NCBI GenBank assembly: GCA_944387505.1
Contig: CALXFG010000001.1
Span: 13,167-77,166, forward strand
DNA from: an uncultured Clostridia bacterium
GTDB taxonomy: Bacteria; Bacillota; Clostridia; TANB77; CAG-508
DNA length: 64,000 bases
Direction: 5' to 3'
The position numbers and the translations under genes are program-made. Below the pieces are notes generated by a model. It worked only from the letters and a program-made list of their open reading frames with translations, ran no database searches and had not been told where the DNA came from. The first letter of the stretch is position 1; each line of letters begins with the position of its first letter. Below are positions 25,690-36,700 of this stretch, piece by piece.

Positions 25690-27423
25690 TTATTGTATTA
25701 ACGGAAACCTCCTCCGGCCTCCACCTCCACCGAAGGAACCTCCTCCTCCGCCACCTGATGAAAATCCACCTCCACCAGATGAATAGTTTCTTGCTCTAGA
25801 CTCTGCACTTCTTGCAGTAGAAATACCATGTGCTGCATAACTATTAATAATAATGATATTATCATAAGATGTAAATTTAGATTGCTCAATAATTTCTGGA
25901 TATACATCTTTAAATTCTTTTGCAACTTGTTTTGCAATTCCCATCATTTGTGCATATATCAAATATTCTTCAAATAATGTTACTTCAATTGCTTCTCTAT
26001 CTTTTATTAATGTATATTCTTTCAAAAATTTCTTTAAACCTGCTAGTTGTATTGCTTCTTCTTTTAATGCCGGTGTTGCCACATCAATTTTATTTTTAAA
26101 GATTTTAAATGTTTTCTTTTCTTCTACAGTAATTAATCCCTCTTCTATTAATTTTCTTTTTTGCTCATTCAAAATTTTATCAAACCATTTTAACACTCTT
26201 GAATAACTTTTATTACACCATTTTTCAAATTCTTTATTTTCCAATATTCCATCCTGACTTGCTGTATATAGCATATCAAATAATCTTCTTTCTGTTTCGT
26301 TTGAAATGGAAACACTTGGATTGGTTTCATTTAAATAGATGATCACATTTTCTTTTTTAAATATTCCTTCTCCTTCTTTTTGTTCTATTCGAATAACAGA
26401 ATCTTTAATCCATTTTAAAATAATGGCTCCTAATAAATCTGTTTTGTTTTTTAATAATCCATAGTTATATCCAATATAATATGCCCTAAAAATGTCTTTA
26501 TTACATGGTATATCGCGATAATATGGTAAGTCTGGTGGCATCTTTTTACCTTCTTTTCCAAAATGCAATCTAGAAGCATTTATTGCTGATATTCCCATTC
26601 CAAATGCAAAAATAATAATTAGTGCTGGTATAAAATTAAACAAAAATACAATGACACTTAAAATTTTTGATAGTATACTTTCAGGTTTTTCATTATATTT
26701 TGTAGACCCCTCTTCAGCCATTTTATAATAATAGTCAAAATCGTGATTTAATGAATTTGAAGTGTTAAATGTATTACTTGGAAATTTAACTAACATTGTC
26801 ATATATTCATCTGTTGCTAGTCTTCCATCTGATTGCATTTCTATATATCCATCATATACATATGCTGTTCCACCATAATTACCATATCCCCAGACATCTA
26901 CAGAATCTGGTATATCAAAATCTGTATGTACTTTGATATAGGCACTTCCGATTGAGTCTGAAAAATCATATGGTATAAATGTCCAGTATAACATTTGAGA
27001 ATCCTGTAATTCTGCTATAAAGTTACTGATTGTATAGGTTACTTCGTATACATGTGAACCATAAGAACTAATTCCCCAACATAATTCTACTCCATTCGTA
27101 ATTTTATGAATTCCACATTTATATGCTTTGTCTGATAAAGTCCCTGATGTATTCCATGAAGATAAGGTTTGATAAGTCTTTCCATTTTCTTTTACTCTCA
27201 AATTTTCTATTTCTGATTTTCCTAAATTATAATATGGATGATATACTTCTGTTCCACTGTTAGTCGTACATGTCCATGTTTCATTAATTGTAGCATTTCC
27301 GTTATTATCTACATAAATGTCCATTGCAATTCTACTTATTGAATTTGCTTCTACATTTTTAGAAATACTAAAAATCAATAAACAAAATATAAATATCAAA
27401 GATATTTTTACTATTTTTTTCAT
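25690..27423 (-). CDS. DUF2207-family membrane protein with Gly-rich C-terminal tail
   Basis: Signal peptide, beta-rich ectodomain, TM helices in the middle, and a terminal SSGGGGFSSGGGGGGSFGGGGG tail typical of this family. Confidence 0.75.
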   Translation of the reverse strand: MKKIVKISLIFIFCLLIFSISKNVEANSISRIAMDIYVDNNGNATINETWTCTTNSGTEVYHPYYNLGKSEIENLRVKENGKTYQTLSSWNTSGTLSDKAYKCGIHKITNGVELCWGISSYGSHVYEVTYTISNFIAELQDSQMLYWTFIPYDFSDSIGSAYIKVHTDFDIPDSVDVWGYGNYGGTAYVYDGYIEMQSDGRLATDEYMTMLVKFPSNTFNTSNSLNHDFDYYYKMAEEGSTKYNEKPESILSKILSVIVFLFNFIPALIIIFAFGMGISAINASRLHFGKEGKKMPPDLPYYRDIPCNKDIFRAYYIGYNYGLLKNKTDLLGAIILKWIKDSVIRIEQKEGEGIFKKENVIIYLNETNPSVSISNETERRLFDMLYTASQDGILENKEFEKWCNKSYSRVLKWFDKILNEQKRKLIEEGLITVEEKKTFKIFKNKIDVATPALKEEAIQLAGLKKFLKEYTLIKDREAIEVTLFEEYLIYAQMMGIAKQVAKEFKDVYPEIIEQSKFTSYDNIIIINSYAAHGISTARSAESRARNYSSGGGGFSSGGGGGGSFGGGGGRRRFPLIQ

Positions 27424-27543
27424 ATTTCTCCCCCTTTATTTACTTAGATTATTTCATAATTATTAAGTTTTTACAATAATTATTATGAAAATAAGTAAAA
27501 AAGTCTTGTAAAATTTACAATAAACCGTTATAATATTAGGTAT

Positions 27544-27620
<77 letters not shown>

Positions 27621-27707
27621 CAGAAAATTTTCATTGAACTTTTTGAAGGTCTTGATACAAATTAACTTCAAGATAATAAAAATTTTTGATGAATATAAAA
27701 TCTTAGT

Positions 27708-27971
27708 TCAACTTTTAGGAGTTGGACTTTTTTTGGCTATAAATTTTGAAAAATGTATAAATCGGTAACAAAATCTAATGTTAGTAATTTTTTTTGCCAG
27801 ATCAGAATCTAGCATCTCACAGACATCTGAGGTAGTAAAACCTCCCCCAGACGCAGAAGCGCTCCGAATGGCAGCAGATATTTCTTCTTTCTCTATGATT
27901 GAGAGAATTTCAGGGGATTCTATTTCCACAAAAAATCCCTCTTTCCGCCAAGGCTTTACTGTGTTTGCCAT
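27708..27971 (-). CDS. hypothetical protein, probably a remnant of foreign DNA
   Basis: AGGAGG lies 8 nt upstream of the ATG. The first ~60 codons are markedly G+C-rich and the ORF then runs into AT-rich DNA, which suggests a truncated gene. Confidence 0.35.
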   Translation of the reverse strand: MANTVKPWRKEGFFVEIESPEILSIIEKEEISAAIRSASASGGGFTTSDVCEMLDSDLAKKITNIRFCYRFIHFSKFIAKKSPTPKS

Positions 27972-28198
27972 TTATTTTTTCCTCCTAAAATTTTATTTCT
28001 TCCTGTAACCGCTATGTTGAAAAAGAGGATACATAAGAAGATTGTATCCCTATCATATATCAAATTAACATAAAAGTCAAGTAAAGTGTTATGTTACTAT
28101 ATACATCCAGTTAAAAATTCCACCATATATATAATTTAAGCAATTCATTGTGGATACAGTATTTAAGACTTAGAATTATATTTTTATATTTTTATATT

Positions 28199-28660
28199 TT
28201 AATAAATAATTCCACCTAATTCTTTATACTTTTTAAATACTTCTAAACATTCGTCTCTATCCATTCTTCTCAAATCAATCAAATTAGAATTATTTCCTTT
28301 TAAATAATCATAAATCATATCATCTCGAAAACCGATTTCTCCAGCATCTTCTTTTGTGCAACCATAATATACTTCTTTTATATTTGCCCAAATAATTGCT
28401 GATAAACACATTGGACAAGGTTCACAAGATGTATATAATATATAATCTGATAAATCATAAGTATGTAATTTTTCACAAGCTTCTCTAATCGCAACAATTT
28501 CTGCATGTGCTGTCGGGTCATTATTTTTTATGACTTGGTTGTTTCCATTTGAAATAATATTTCCTTCTTTATCTATAATAACTGCACCAAATGGTCCTCC
28601 TGCTCCCCTATTGATTCCTTCTTCTGCATTTTGTTTTGCTAATTCCATATATCTATTCAT
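28199..28660 (-). CDS. guaD: guanine deaminase (CDA-fold, GuaD-type); TadA-like nucleoside deaminase not excluded
   Basis: GGPFGAVI, NDPTAHAEIVAIREA, LYTSCEPCPMCLSAIIWA, GFRDDMIYDYL. As I recall the sequence, these line up closely with B. subtilis GuaD. Confidence 0.75.
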   Translation of the reverse strand: MNRYMELAKQNAEEGINRGAGGPFGAVIIDKEGNIISNGNNQVIKNNDPTAHAEIVAIREACEKLHTYDLSDYILYTSCEPCPMCLSAIIWANIKEVYYGCTKEDAGEIGFRDDMIYDYLKGNNSNLIDLRRMDRDECLEVFKKYKELGGIIY

Positions 28661-28960
28661 ATTTTCATTCCTTCCTTATTAAACTTTTATAGCTATATTG
28701 TTTTACCGGAGATTCCCTCCTATTTTGATAATTTTTTCCCCTACTTTTGATGAGAATCTTACAACTTTTTGCAATTTATACACATGAAATTCTATAAAGT
28801 TTTAAAATAATGCTCCTACTTATTTTAATATAACTTTTCCCTTTCGTAAATAATATTATAAAAGATTTTATCACATTATTTTAATTTCTTTTCTATTGCT
28901 TACCTAAGTAATCGTCATGATTTCCATTCTATTCTCATATATTTTTATGAGGTGTTTAGA

Positions 28961-30025
28961 TTGATTTTGAAATCAATACATATAAAAAAGAATTGTATCA
29001 TAAGTATATGTATATCTATGCTAATACTAATTGTGTTTTTATCTTCCTCTCTCATTTTCTATTTCGACCAAAAACATTTACTGTCTATTGAAGTAAACAC
29101 TGATAATGAAAATGATTATATAAAATGGGTAGATTTTACCGTACCTTGTAACGTTTTAAAACTAACTTCTGAATTAGACATCAATTCTCATAATAACAAT
29201 GAAGATATTACCTATAATTGGATTGAATTATTAGCCTACTTAGCTTGTATTTATGGCGGAAATTTTAAGAACTTTAAGTCAAGTGACTTAGAAAAAATCA
29301 CAGAAAATTTAAAAAGTGGGAAAACAATAGAAGAACTTACATCTACTTTAACTTTTTATGATTATTATTTAGAAGCTTATTCCGCTATTTTAAGTGGATT
29401 TATTGGCAATTATTCTATCGAAACAATGAATGAAAATAATGAAAAAGTTTATGAAAATCGATATGGATTAAAAGCTTTTTCACCAATTGCCAAGAATTAT
29501 TATTTTACCCATTATAAAGACTTTGGAAATTCTAGGTCTTACGGATTTAAAAGAACGCATTTAGGAAATGATTTAATGGGAAGTATCGGAACCCCTATCA
29601 TAGCAGTAGAATCTGGAATTGTTGAACAACTTGGTTGGAATCAATATGGTGGCTGGCGTGTTGGAATCAGAAGCTTTGATGGAAAACGATATTACTATTA
29701 TGCCCATTTACGAAAAGATCATCCTTATGTAGAAGGTCTAGAAAAAGGAGACACTATAAAAGCTGGTGACGTTATCGGATATTTAGGGATGACAGGATAT
29801 AGTATAAAAGAAAATGTAAATAACATAAATGTCGCTCATCTCCATTTTGGCATGCAACTTATTTTTGATGAATCACAAGTAGATAGTCCTAATGAAATCT
29901 GGATAGATGTTTATGAAATCATTGAATTTTTAAAAAGTCATACATCAGAAGTTTATCTTTCAAATGAAGAAACAAAAGATTATTCTAGAAAATATGATTT
30001 TATGGAAGAATTTTTAACAGAGTAA
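28961..30025 (+). CDS. M23-family (LytM-type) metallopeptidase, membrane-anchored
   Basis: HLGNDL...GTPIIAVESGIV...YYYAHL...GYLGMTGYS...HLHFGM. TTG at 28961 lies 6 nt after GAGGTG. Confidence 0.85.
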   Translation: MILKSIHIKKNCIISICISMLILIVFLSSSLIFYFDQKHLLSIEVNTDNENDYIKWVDFTVPCNVLKLTSELDINSHNNNEDITYNWIELLAYLACIYGGNFKNFKSSDLEKITENLKSGKTIEELTSTLTFYDYYLEAYSAILSGFIGNYSIETMNENNEKVYENRYGLKAFSPIAKNYYFTHYKDFGNSRSYGFKRTHLGNDLMGSIGTPIIAVESGIVEQLGWNQYGGWRVGIRSFDGKRYYYYAHLRKDHPYVEGLEKGDTIKAGDVIGYLGMTGYSIKENVNNINVAHLHFGMQLIFDESQVDSPNEIWIDVYEIIEFLKSHTSEVYLSNEETKDYSRKYDFMEEFLTE

Positions 30026-30070
30026 AACATTAGAAATGTGCCAAAGGGGACGGGGCACATTTCTAATGTT
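30026..30070. terminator. bidirectional terminator between convergent genes
   Basis: Perfect 17-bp stem AACATTAGAAATGTGCC / GGCACATTTCTAATGTT. Confidence 0.8.
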
Positions 30071-31200
30071 TACTTTCCTAATTTCACAACAATTTCTTGT
30101 TTTATTTTTCCTCTATTAATTTTTAAAATAACCTCATCGTTTATTTTTTTGGTATAAATATATTCTCTTAGGTTATTCATCGTTTCTAGTTCTACCTCAT
30201 CTATTTGTGTGATAATATCCCCTTCTTTTATTCCTGCCATATCTGCTGGTCCATTTTTTGTTACTTCTGTTACATAAATTCCTTCTTGAAATCTACTGCT
30301 CCCTGCTTCTAAATATGGTATTACCTCTGTATCATAAGCATATATCCCTATTTTAGCTTCTTGGAAATCTCCTGTATTTCGATAACTTTCAATGATTGGT
30401 TTCACAATATTAATGGGAATGGCAAAACCAATTCCTTCTGCTGAAGATATTTTAACTGTATTAATTCCAATCACTTGTCCATTTGGATAAATAAGTGGTC
30501 CTCCACTATTTCCTGGATTAATGGTTGCATCTGTTTGTATTAAATCTGTCATATAAGATGTTACATCCGCTTCTTCTATCTTAATTGTTCTATTTTTCGC
30601 ACTAATAATGCCTGACGTAACGGTTCTTCTGAATTCAAATCCAATTGGATTTCCTATAGCATACACAGTTTCTCCTATCTTGATACTATCTGAATCCGCT
30701 AACGTAACATATTTTAACTGCTTTGCTTCTATTTTTACAATGGATAAATCAATATTGGAATCACTCCATACAACTGTTCCATTATAATTGTTTCCATTTT
30801 CTAATGTCACATAACATTTACTATATTTACTCCCTGTTACATGTTCATTACTTAAAATATATCCATTTTCTGTAACAATGACACCTGTTCCTAATCCTAA
30901 TTGACTTTCTGTACTATTGGAAAAAATGGAATCTCCTGTATTTTTTAATTTTGAAATTCCTACTACACTTTCCACTGTTTCTTCAATAACATCTGCTACA
31001 TTTTTGCTTTCTTCCTCTACGTTTTCCACAGTTTGTTCCTCTTTTGTGGATTGTGTCTTTTGAGCTGTATAATTTGAGTCATAAATTTCTATATTATTAT
31101 ATGTAACATATATATAAAATCCTAGTAACCATATAATTAATAAAAGAATGGTGGTAATAATAATTTTTTTACCCATACTTTTTTTCTTGGCTCTTCTCAA
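30070..31200 (-). CDS. htrA: HtrA/DegP-family serine protease with PDZ domain
   Basis: Catalytic triad contexts SNEHV, NIDLSIVKI, GNSGGPL. C-terminal PDZ (GIYVTEV...GIKEGDIITQID). TTG at 31200 lies 6 nt after GAGGTG. The longer ORF-track start reads into the adjacent repeat element. Confidence 0.85.
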   Translation of the reverse strand: MRRAKKKSMGKKIIITTILLLIIWLLGFYIYVTYNNIEIYDSNYTAQKTQSTKEEQTVENVEEESKNVADVIEETVESVVGISKLKNTGDSIFSNSTESQLGLGTGVIVTENGYILSNEHVTGSKYSKCYVTLENGNNYNGTVVWSDSNIDLSIVKIEAKQLKYVTLADSDSIKIGETVYAIGNPIGFEFRRTVTSGIISAKNRTIKIEEADVTSYMTDLIQTDATINPGNSGGPLIYPNGQVIGINTVKISSAEGIGFAIPINIVKPIIESYRNTGDFQEAKIGIYAYDTEVIPYLEAGSSRFQEGIYVTEVTKNGPADMAGIKEGDIITQIDEVELETMNNLREYIYTKKINDEVILKINRGKIKQEIVVKLGK

Positions 31201-31251
31201 TAAAATCACCTCAAAAATAGTATTCACCATATTTTCGATTTTAGTCAAAAT

Positions 31252-31564
31252 AAAAAGGGATTTTGGGAACGGACTCATTTTTCCCTTTTTTTAATTTTAG
31301 AAATAGAAAAAATATAGAATATAAAATCATTACACAATTTTGTATAAGCTAAATTTTCATAGAAATTCTAAAAGAAAAAAATACGCCTCTCTCATTGTTG
31401 CTATAAATCATAAGCAAAATGAGCTTTCCTCATTTTTTTCTTAAAGAATTTCTAATTTCAAATTTAGATACGCAAAATCGTTCCATTTTTTTATATTCTA
31501 TATTTTTTTCATTCTTAATTTTCTAAAAAGGGAAAAATGAGTCCATCCCCAAAATCCCTTTTTT
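31252..31564. mobile_element. MITE-like palindromic element, family 1, copy A (~313 bp)
   Basis: Termini AAAAAGGGATTTTGGGAACGGACTCATTTTTCCC and GGGAAAAATGAGTCCATCCCCAAAATCCCTTTTT are inverted repeats. The two ~150-nt arms are imperfectly complementary. The whole element recurs in reverse orientation at 49275-49585. Confidence 0.75.
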
Positions 31565-31568
31565 ACTG

Positions 31569-33296
31569 TTAAACTTTTTTTAATTCTTCATAACGTTTTA
31601 CTTTTTGTGTTGTTGTCTTGATTAATGGCTCTGTTGTGATCGTTATCTGTTTAATATGTTTAAATACTGGCAATTGCTTATTAATTTCTTTTACTTCTTT
31701 CCAAATATCATCTTTATATTCTTTTTCTGATTTTTCTCCCAATTTTTCTTTTATGATCTCTTTATCATATACAATTTTTGCACATAACATGGTATCAGTT
31801 TTATCTTTTTCTCTTTGATAAACTAATGATTCTGTTACATAAGGAAGTTTATTTATCAAAAATTCAATCTCTTGTGGATATACATTTTTTCCATTTCTTA
31901 GAACAATGATATCTTTTTTTCTACCTGTTACATAGATAAATCCATCTTCTGTTATATATCCATAATCTCCTGTTCTAAACCAACCATCAACAAATGCTTT
32001 CTTATTTTCTTCTTCGTTGTGATAATATCCCATCATAACACTTGGACCTTTTACTAAAATTTCTCCTTCCCCATTTTCATCTGAATTATCGATTTTTACA
32101 TTTAGACTCGGTAAGGCTAGTCCTACTGAACCAGGTCTTTTTTCTTTATCTGATTCTGCTGCAATAACTGGTGATGTTTCTGTTAAACCATATCCTTGCA
32201 CTAATGCAATTCCAAAATTGTTAAATCCTACAATTGTTTCTTTGTCCATAGGAGCTGATCCGTATAATACTAAACGAATATTTCCACCCAAATTATCTAA
32301 TATTTGCTTAAAAATAACTTTTCTTAAATCTATTTTACATTTTAAAAGTCCATTCGATATTTTAATCATTCGATTGATTAATTTGTCTTTTCCTTGGTCA
32401 TGAATTGCCTTTTGAATTTTTTTATACATGGTCTCTAAAACTAATGGAACAGCTACAAATACGGAAACTTTATATTCCGCAAGATTTTTTTGAATATATT
32501 TTAATCCATCACAAAAAGCTACTGTACATCCACTGTAAAATCCATAAAGAAATGTGACGGTACATTCAAATGTATGATGAATTGGTAAAAAAGAAAGTAA
32601 TGTATCTGTTGGATATAGTTTCACCCATGAAGCGAAATCTGATAAATTCGCACATATATTTTTTTGAGATAGCATTACGGCTTTTGGGAGATTGGTGGTT
32701 CCTGATGTAAATAACATGATTGACATTTTTTCAGGATTGATTTCTACTTTTTCGTAACAGTCATCTCCTTTTTTTACTAATTCTTCTCCTTTTTGTAATA
32801 ATTGTGAAAATTTTTCTATATCATTATCGTTTATATCATCCATACAAATTAGCATTTCTAAGTTGACATTTGTATCTTTCTTAAGTTTTTTCATAACCTC
32901 TACATATTTTTTATCAAATATAGCAACTTCAGCCTCACTTCTTGTTACTAAATTTTCAATCTCATTATCGGGAAGCGCTTTATCTAGTGGAACAATAATC
33001 ATATTTCCACTTGTAACTGCTAAATAAGTAATACACCATTCATATCGATTATTTCCTATAAGCACAATTTTTTTATGTTCTAATCCTTTATTTAATAACT
33101 CTGTTGCAAATGCTTTTATGTCTTTTCCTACTTGTTCATATGTCTTTTCTACATATTCTACATGCTTTAAATCTCCGTTTTTCTTATATTTATAGGCTAC
33201 TTTATCCGCATAATGTTTTACAGAATATTCTATCATTTCCCTATAATTTTTTACAATTCTTGGTTCATACACCTTTCTATTTTCATTATCTCCCAT
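31569..33296 (-). CDS. AMP-dependent long-chain acyl-CoA synthetase/ligase
   Basis: MLFTSGTTNLPKAVMLSQKN (AMP-binding core), GYGLTETSP, TGDYGYITEDGFIYVTGRKKDIIVLRNGKNVYPQEIE. Confidence 0.85.
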   Translation of the reverse strand: MGDNENRKVYEPRIVKNYREMIEYSVKHYADKVAYKYKKNGDLKHVEYVEKTYEQVGKDIKAFATELLNKGLEHKKIVLIGNNRYEWCITYLAVTSGNMIIVPLDKALPDNEIENLVTRSEAEVAIFDKKYVEVMKKLKKDTNVNLEMLICMDDINDNDIEKFSQLLQKGEELVKKGDDCYEKVEINPEKMSIMLFTSGTTNLPKAVMLSQKNICANLSDFASWVKLYPTDTLLSFLPIHHTFECTVTFLYGFYSGCTVAFCDGLKYIQKNLAEYKVSVFVAVPLVLETMYKKIQKAIHDQGKDKLINRMIKISNGLLKCKIDLRKVIFKQILDNLGGNIRLVLYGSAPMDKETIVGFNNFGIALVQGYGLTETSPVIAAESDKEKRPGSVGLALPSLNVKIDNSDENGEGEILVKGPSVMMGYYHNEEENKKAFVDGWFRTGDYGYITEDGFIYVTGRKKDIIVLRNGKNVYPQEIEFLINKLPYVTESLVYQREKDKTDTMLCAKIVYDKEIIKEKLGEKSEKEYKDDIWKEVKEINKQLPVFKHIKQITITTEPLIKTTTQKVKRYEELKKV

Positions 33297-33411
33297 ACGC
33301 TCCCTCCTTTTTTCTTCATTGTATCGTTATTCTTTTGATTTTTCAAGACATAACAATATTTAAATTTCAAAATTTGTAACAATTTTGTAACAAGACTGTT
33401 TAATAAGAAAC

Positions 33412-33589
33412 GAGTTGTTGTATATTTATTTTTCATAAATGACGAATGTGATTGAAGTGCTTGTAGGCTTTCTTAATATAATAGAAATGAGGAAGCAGGA
33501 ATAGCGAGAGGTTCGTTTCTCTTATAATTAGAAAGGCTAGAGTACGCATTGAGCCGAGGAATTTATGAAAAATAAATATACAACAACTC
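33412..33589. repeat. long palindromic intergenic element, family 2, copy 2
   Basis: Perfect 29-nt outer arms GAGTTGTTGTATATTTATTTTTCATAAAT (33412-33440) and their reverse complement (33561-33589). Inner ends CGAATGTGA (33443) and CCGAGGAATT (33554) match the copy at 4042-4230. Confidence 0.75.
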
Positions 33590-33689
33590 ATTATTAGAAA
33601 TTCTATACCAAAATAAGATTATTTTCTATCTCATCGTTTTACTTTTTAACAAATTATCTAATATAACGACAAGATTTTACAATATTTAG

Positions 33690-33718
33690 TTGATTTTTTT
33701 TTTACGGAATTATATAAT
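33690..33718 (+). promoter_or_regulatory. sigma-70-type promoter candidate for the NRPS operon
   Basis: TTGATT, 17 nt spacer, TATAAT, 39 nt upstream of the ATG at 33757. Confidence 0.4.
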
Positions 33719-33756
33719 TGTTCATGATAAATGTATTTAAAATCGCGGAGGACAAA

Positions 33757-36700
33757 ATGTTAGAAAATAATATTTATGAATTAACAAGTTCACAAAAGAA
33801 TATTTGGGATACAGAACTATTTTTCAGTAATTCAAATCTTAACAACATTGGTGGTTATGTATTGATCAAAGATAAAGTTAATTTTACGCTTTTAGAAAAA
33901 GCTTTAAATTTATACGCACAAAAAAACGATTCTTTACATTTAAAATTGAAATTAATAAATGGTACACCTTATCAATATATAGAAGATTTCTCTGATATGT
34001 CTATTGATTTGGTTTCTTTAAAAGACTTAGATGAAGTAACAGAATTTAATAAAAAAATTGTAGAAAAACCATTTATTCTTTTTCATTCTTTTCTATTTTC
34101 TTTTACCATGTTTCAACTACCAGATGGAACAGGTGGATTTAATGCCACTTTACATCATTTAATTTCTGATGCATGGAATATGAGTTTATTAATCAATGAA
34201 GTTATGGGCTTTTATTCTTCACTTCTAAAAAATGAGAAAATAGATGATTCGAAATTCCCTTCTTACATTGATTATATTCATTCACAAGAAAATTATCTAT
34301 CTTCATCTCGTTATCAAAAGGATGAGGCATTTTGGCATACACTTTTTGATAATGAATTTGATGTTTGTTATATTTCTAATAAAAATAAACACGAATTAGA
34401 TACAAGAGCAAAAAGAAAAACATTTCAGTTATCTAATGATATATATACAAAAATTTTAGATTTATGTAAAAACTCAAATTGCTCTATTTATACATTTTTT
34501 ATGGCAATTTATTCTTTATATTTATCTAAAATGAACCATGCCACTTCTCCTATTATTGGTACACCTGTTTTAAATAGAAGTGGTGTAAAAGAAAAACATA
34601 CATCTGGTATGTTTATTAGTACCATTCCGTTTAAAGTAGATATTGATAAGACACAACCTTTTTCTGGATTTCTAAAAACAGTAGCTGGTATGCAAATGTC
34701 TATCTTTAAACATCAAAAATATCCTTATGATAAATTACTAAAATATATTAAGAAAAAACATAATCTTACAGAAAGTCCTTATGATTTAGTACTTTCTTAT
34801 CAAAATGCAAGAGATGAAAGTAAATCTTCTGATGTGCATTATTATTCAAAATGGATAGAAAGTGGCCATACCTTAGATTCTTTAGAAGTTCATTTCTATG
34901 ACATGGACAATACAGGAACATTAGATATTTTCTATGATTATCAAATGAATAAATTTAATGAAGAAGAAATTTCTCATATGCATTCTCGTATTTTATCTAT
35001 GGTAGATTTTGTTTTACAAAATCCAGATATACCTTTATCAAGTGTAGAAATTACAGATAAAGAAGAAAAGCAATTAATTTTAAAAGACTTCAACCATACA
35101 GATTTAGATTATGATAGAAATGAAAGTATTTTACATGTCTTTAAAAAACAAGTAGAAAAAAATGCTTCTTCTTTGGCTTTGGTTTTTGAAGATACAACAT
35201 ATACCTATAGAGAATTAGATCTATTGTCTAATCAATTAGCCAATTATCTATTATCTTTAAACTTACCTAAAAATAGTATCATTGGTATTATGCTAAATCG
35301 TTCTGCTAATACGATTATTTCTATGCTAGCTATTTTGAAAGCCAACATGGCATATATGCTAATCGAAAAAGATTTACCTAGTGATAGAATTCAATATATG
35401 CTCACAAATGCAAAATCTCCTTTATTACTTACAGCCTATGATGTTAACTATATAGATTTTACAAACACCGTATATTTAGATACATTGAACTGGGAAGAAC
35501 TATCTAGCCAAGAAATCCCAATCCAAGATAAACCTGCAGATTATTTATCTGTTGTCTATACTTCTGGTTCAACTGGATTACCAAAAGGGGTTTTAATTAA
35601 AAGATTTAGTATGATTAATCTAGTAAATGGCTACAGATATTCTATGCATACAGACTCACTTTCTCATTTTTTAAGTATCTGTTCTGTCGCATTTGATATG
35701 TTTGCAGCTGAAGTTTGGATTGCTCTATTATCTGGTAAAAAACTAATATTGGCTAATGAAGAACAATCTAAAAACCCAATTCCTATGAGTAAATTAATTA
35801 ACAAAGAAAAATGTGAATTTATGCTAATCACCTCTTCTAAAATGGATTTATTGCTTTCAAACAACACGACATCTGCTTGTTTGAAACATTTAAAAGCAAT
35901 CCAATTAGGAGGAGAAGTTCTAGACCCTAAATTCTTTGATAAAGTTTCACAATTTACAAATGCAAAAATATATAATGGATATGGTCCAAGTGAAACTACT
36001 TCTTGTTGTACTTGCAAATATATTACGGATTCTCAAGATATTAATTTAGGAAAACCGCTTCCTAATGTACAGATTTATATTTGTGATGAGGACCTAAATT
36101 TATGCCCTATCGGTCTTGTTGGCGAATTATGTATTACTGGTGATGGTGTTTCTTTAGGATATATCAATAATCCAGAATTAACCAATAAGAAATTTGTAAA
36201 AAATCCTTTTGGAAAAGGACTTTTATATAAAACAGGAGATTTAGCAAAATGGACTGCCAATGGTGATATTGTATATATTGGTAGAAATGATTTTCAAATT
36301 AAAATTAGAGGATTAAGAATTGAATTAGAAGAAATCAATAATGCAATAAAAGCTTTACCTGATGTGCATAATAGTGTAACAATTGTAAGAAAAATCCGTA
36401 ACATTGATACTATTTGTAGTTTTATTGTTTCTTCACAAGAAGATGTTACAGAAATCAAAAATGCACTTGCTAAACGCTTACCACATTATATGATACCTAG
36501 TCATATTGTGTTTATGGAAGCATTACCATTAACAGTTAATGGTAAAATTGATACAAAAAAATTACCAGAAATAGTCGTAGATGATGTCTATATAGCTCCA
36601 AAAACAGAATTAGAAAAAACATTGGCTTCTGTTTTCGAAGAATTTTTAAGTGTTGAAAACATCAGTATTGATAGTAACTTTTTTCAATTAGGTGGAGATT

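Noticed and set aside
25698-25937. Alternate-frame ORF across the Gly-rich tail of the DUF2207 gene
   Set aside because: It is the same strand in a different frame over a GGN-repeat region. It is an artefact of repeat composition and has no independent start signal.
28661-28800. Possible purine/guanine riboswitch in the leader of the guanine deaminase gene
   Set aside because: Reading the minus-strand leader, I could not find the conserved purine-riboswitch junction and loop sequences (the UAUA..., ...UUUCUACC... and ...CCGACUAUG type elements), nor any other riboswitch core I know. There is only a weak GGAGGGAATCTCC hairpin, so there is not enough to call.
30041-30058. AAAGGGGACGGGGCAC in the 30026-30070 terminator loop as another copy of the family-1 repeat
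   Set aside because: Only the GGGGACGG core is shared. The flanking GGGATTTT/AAAATCCC parts are missing and the stem sequence is unrelated, so this is probably coincidence.
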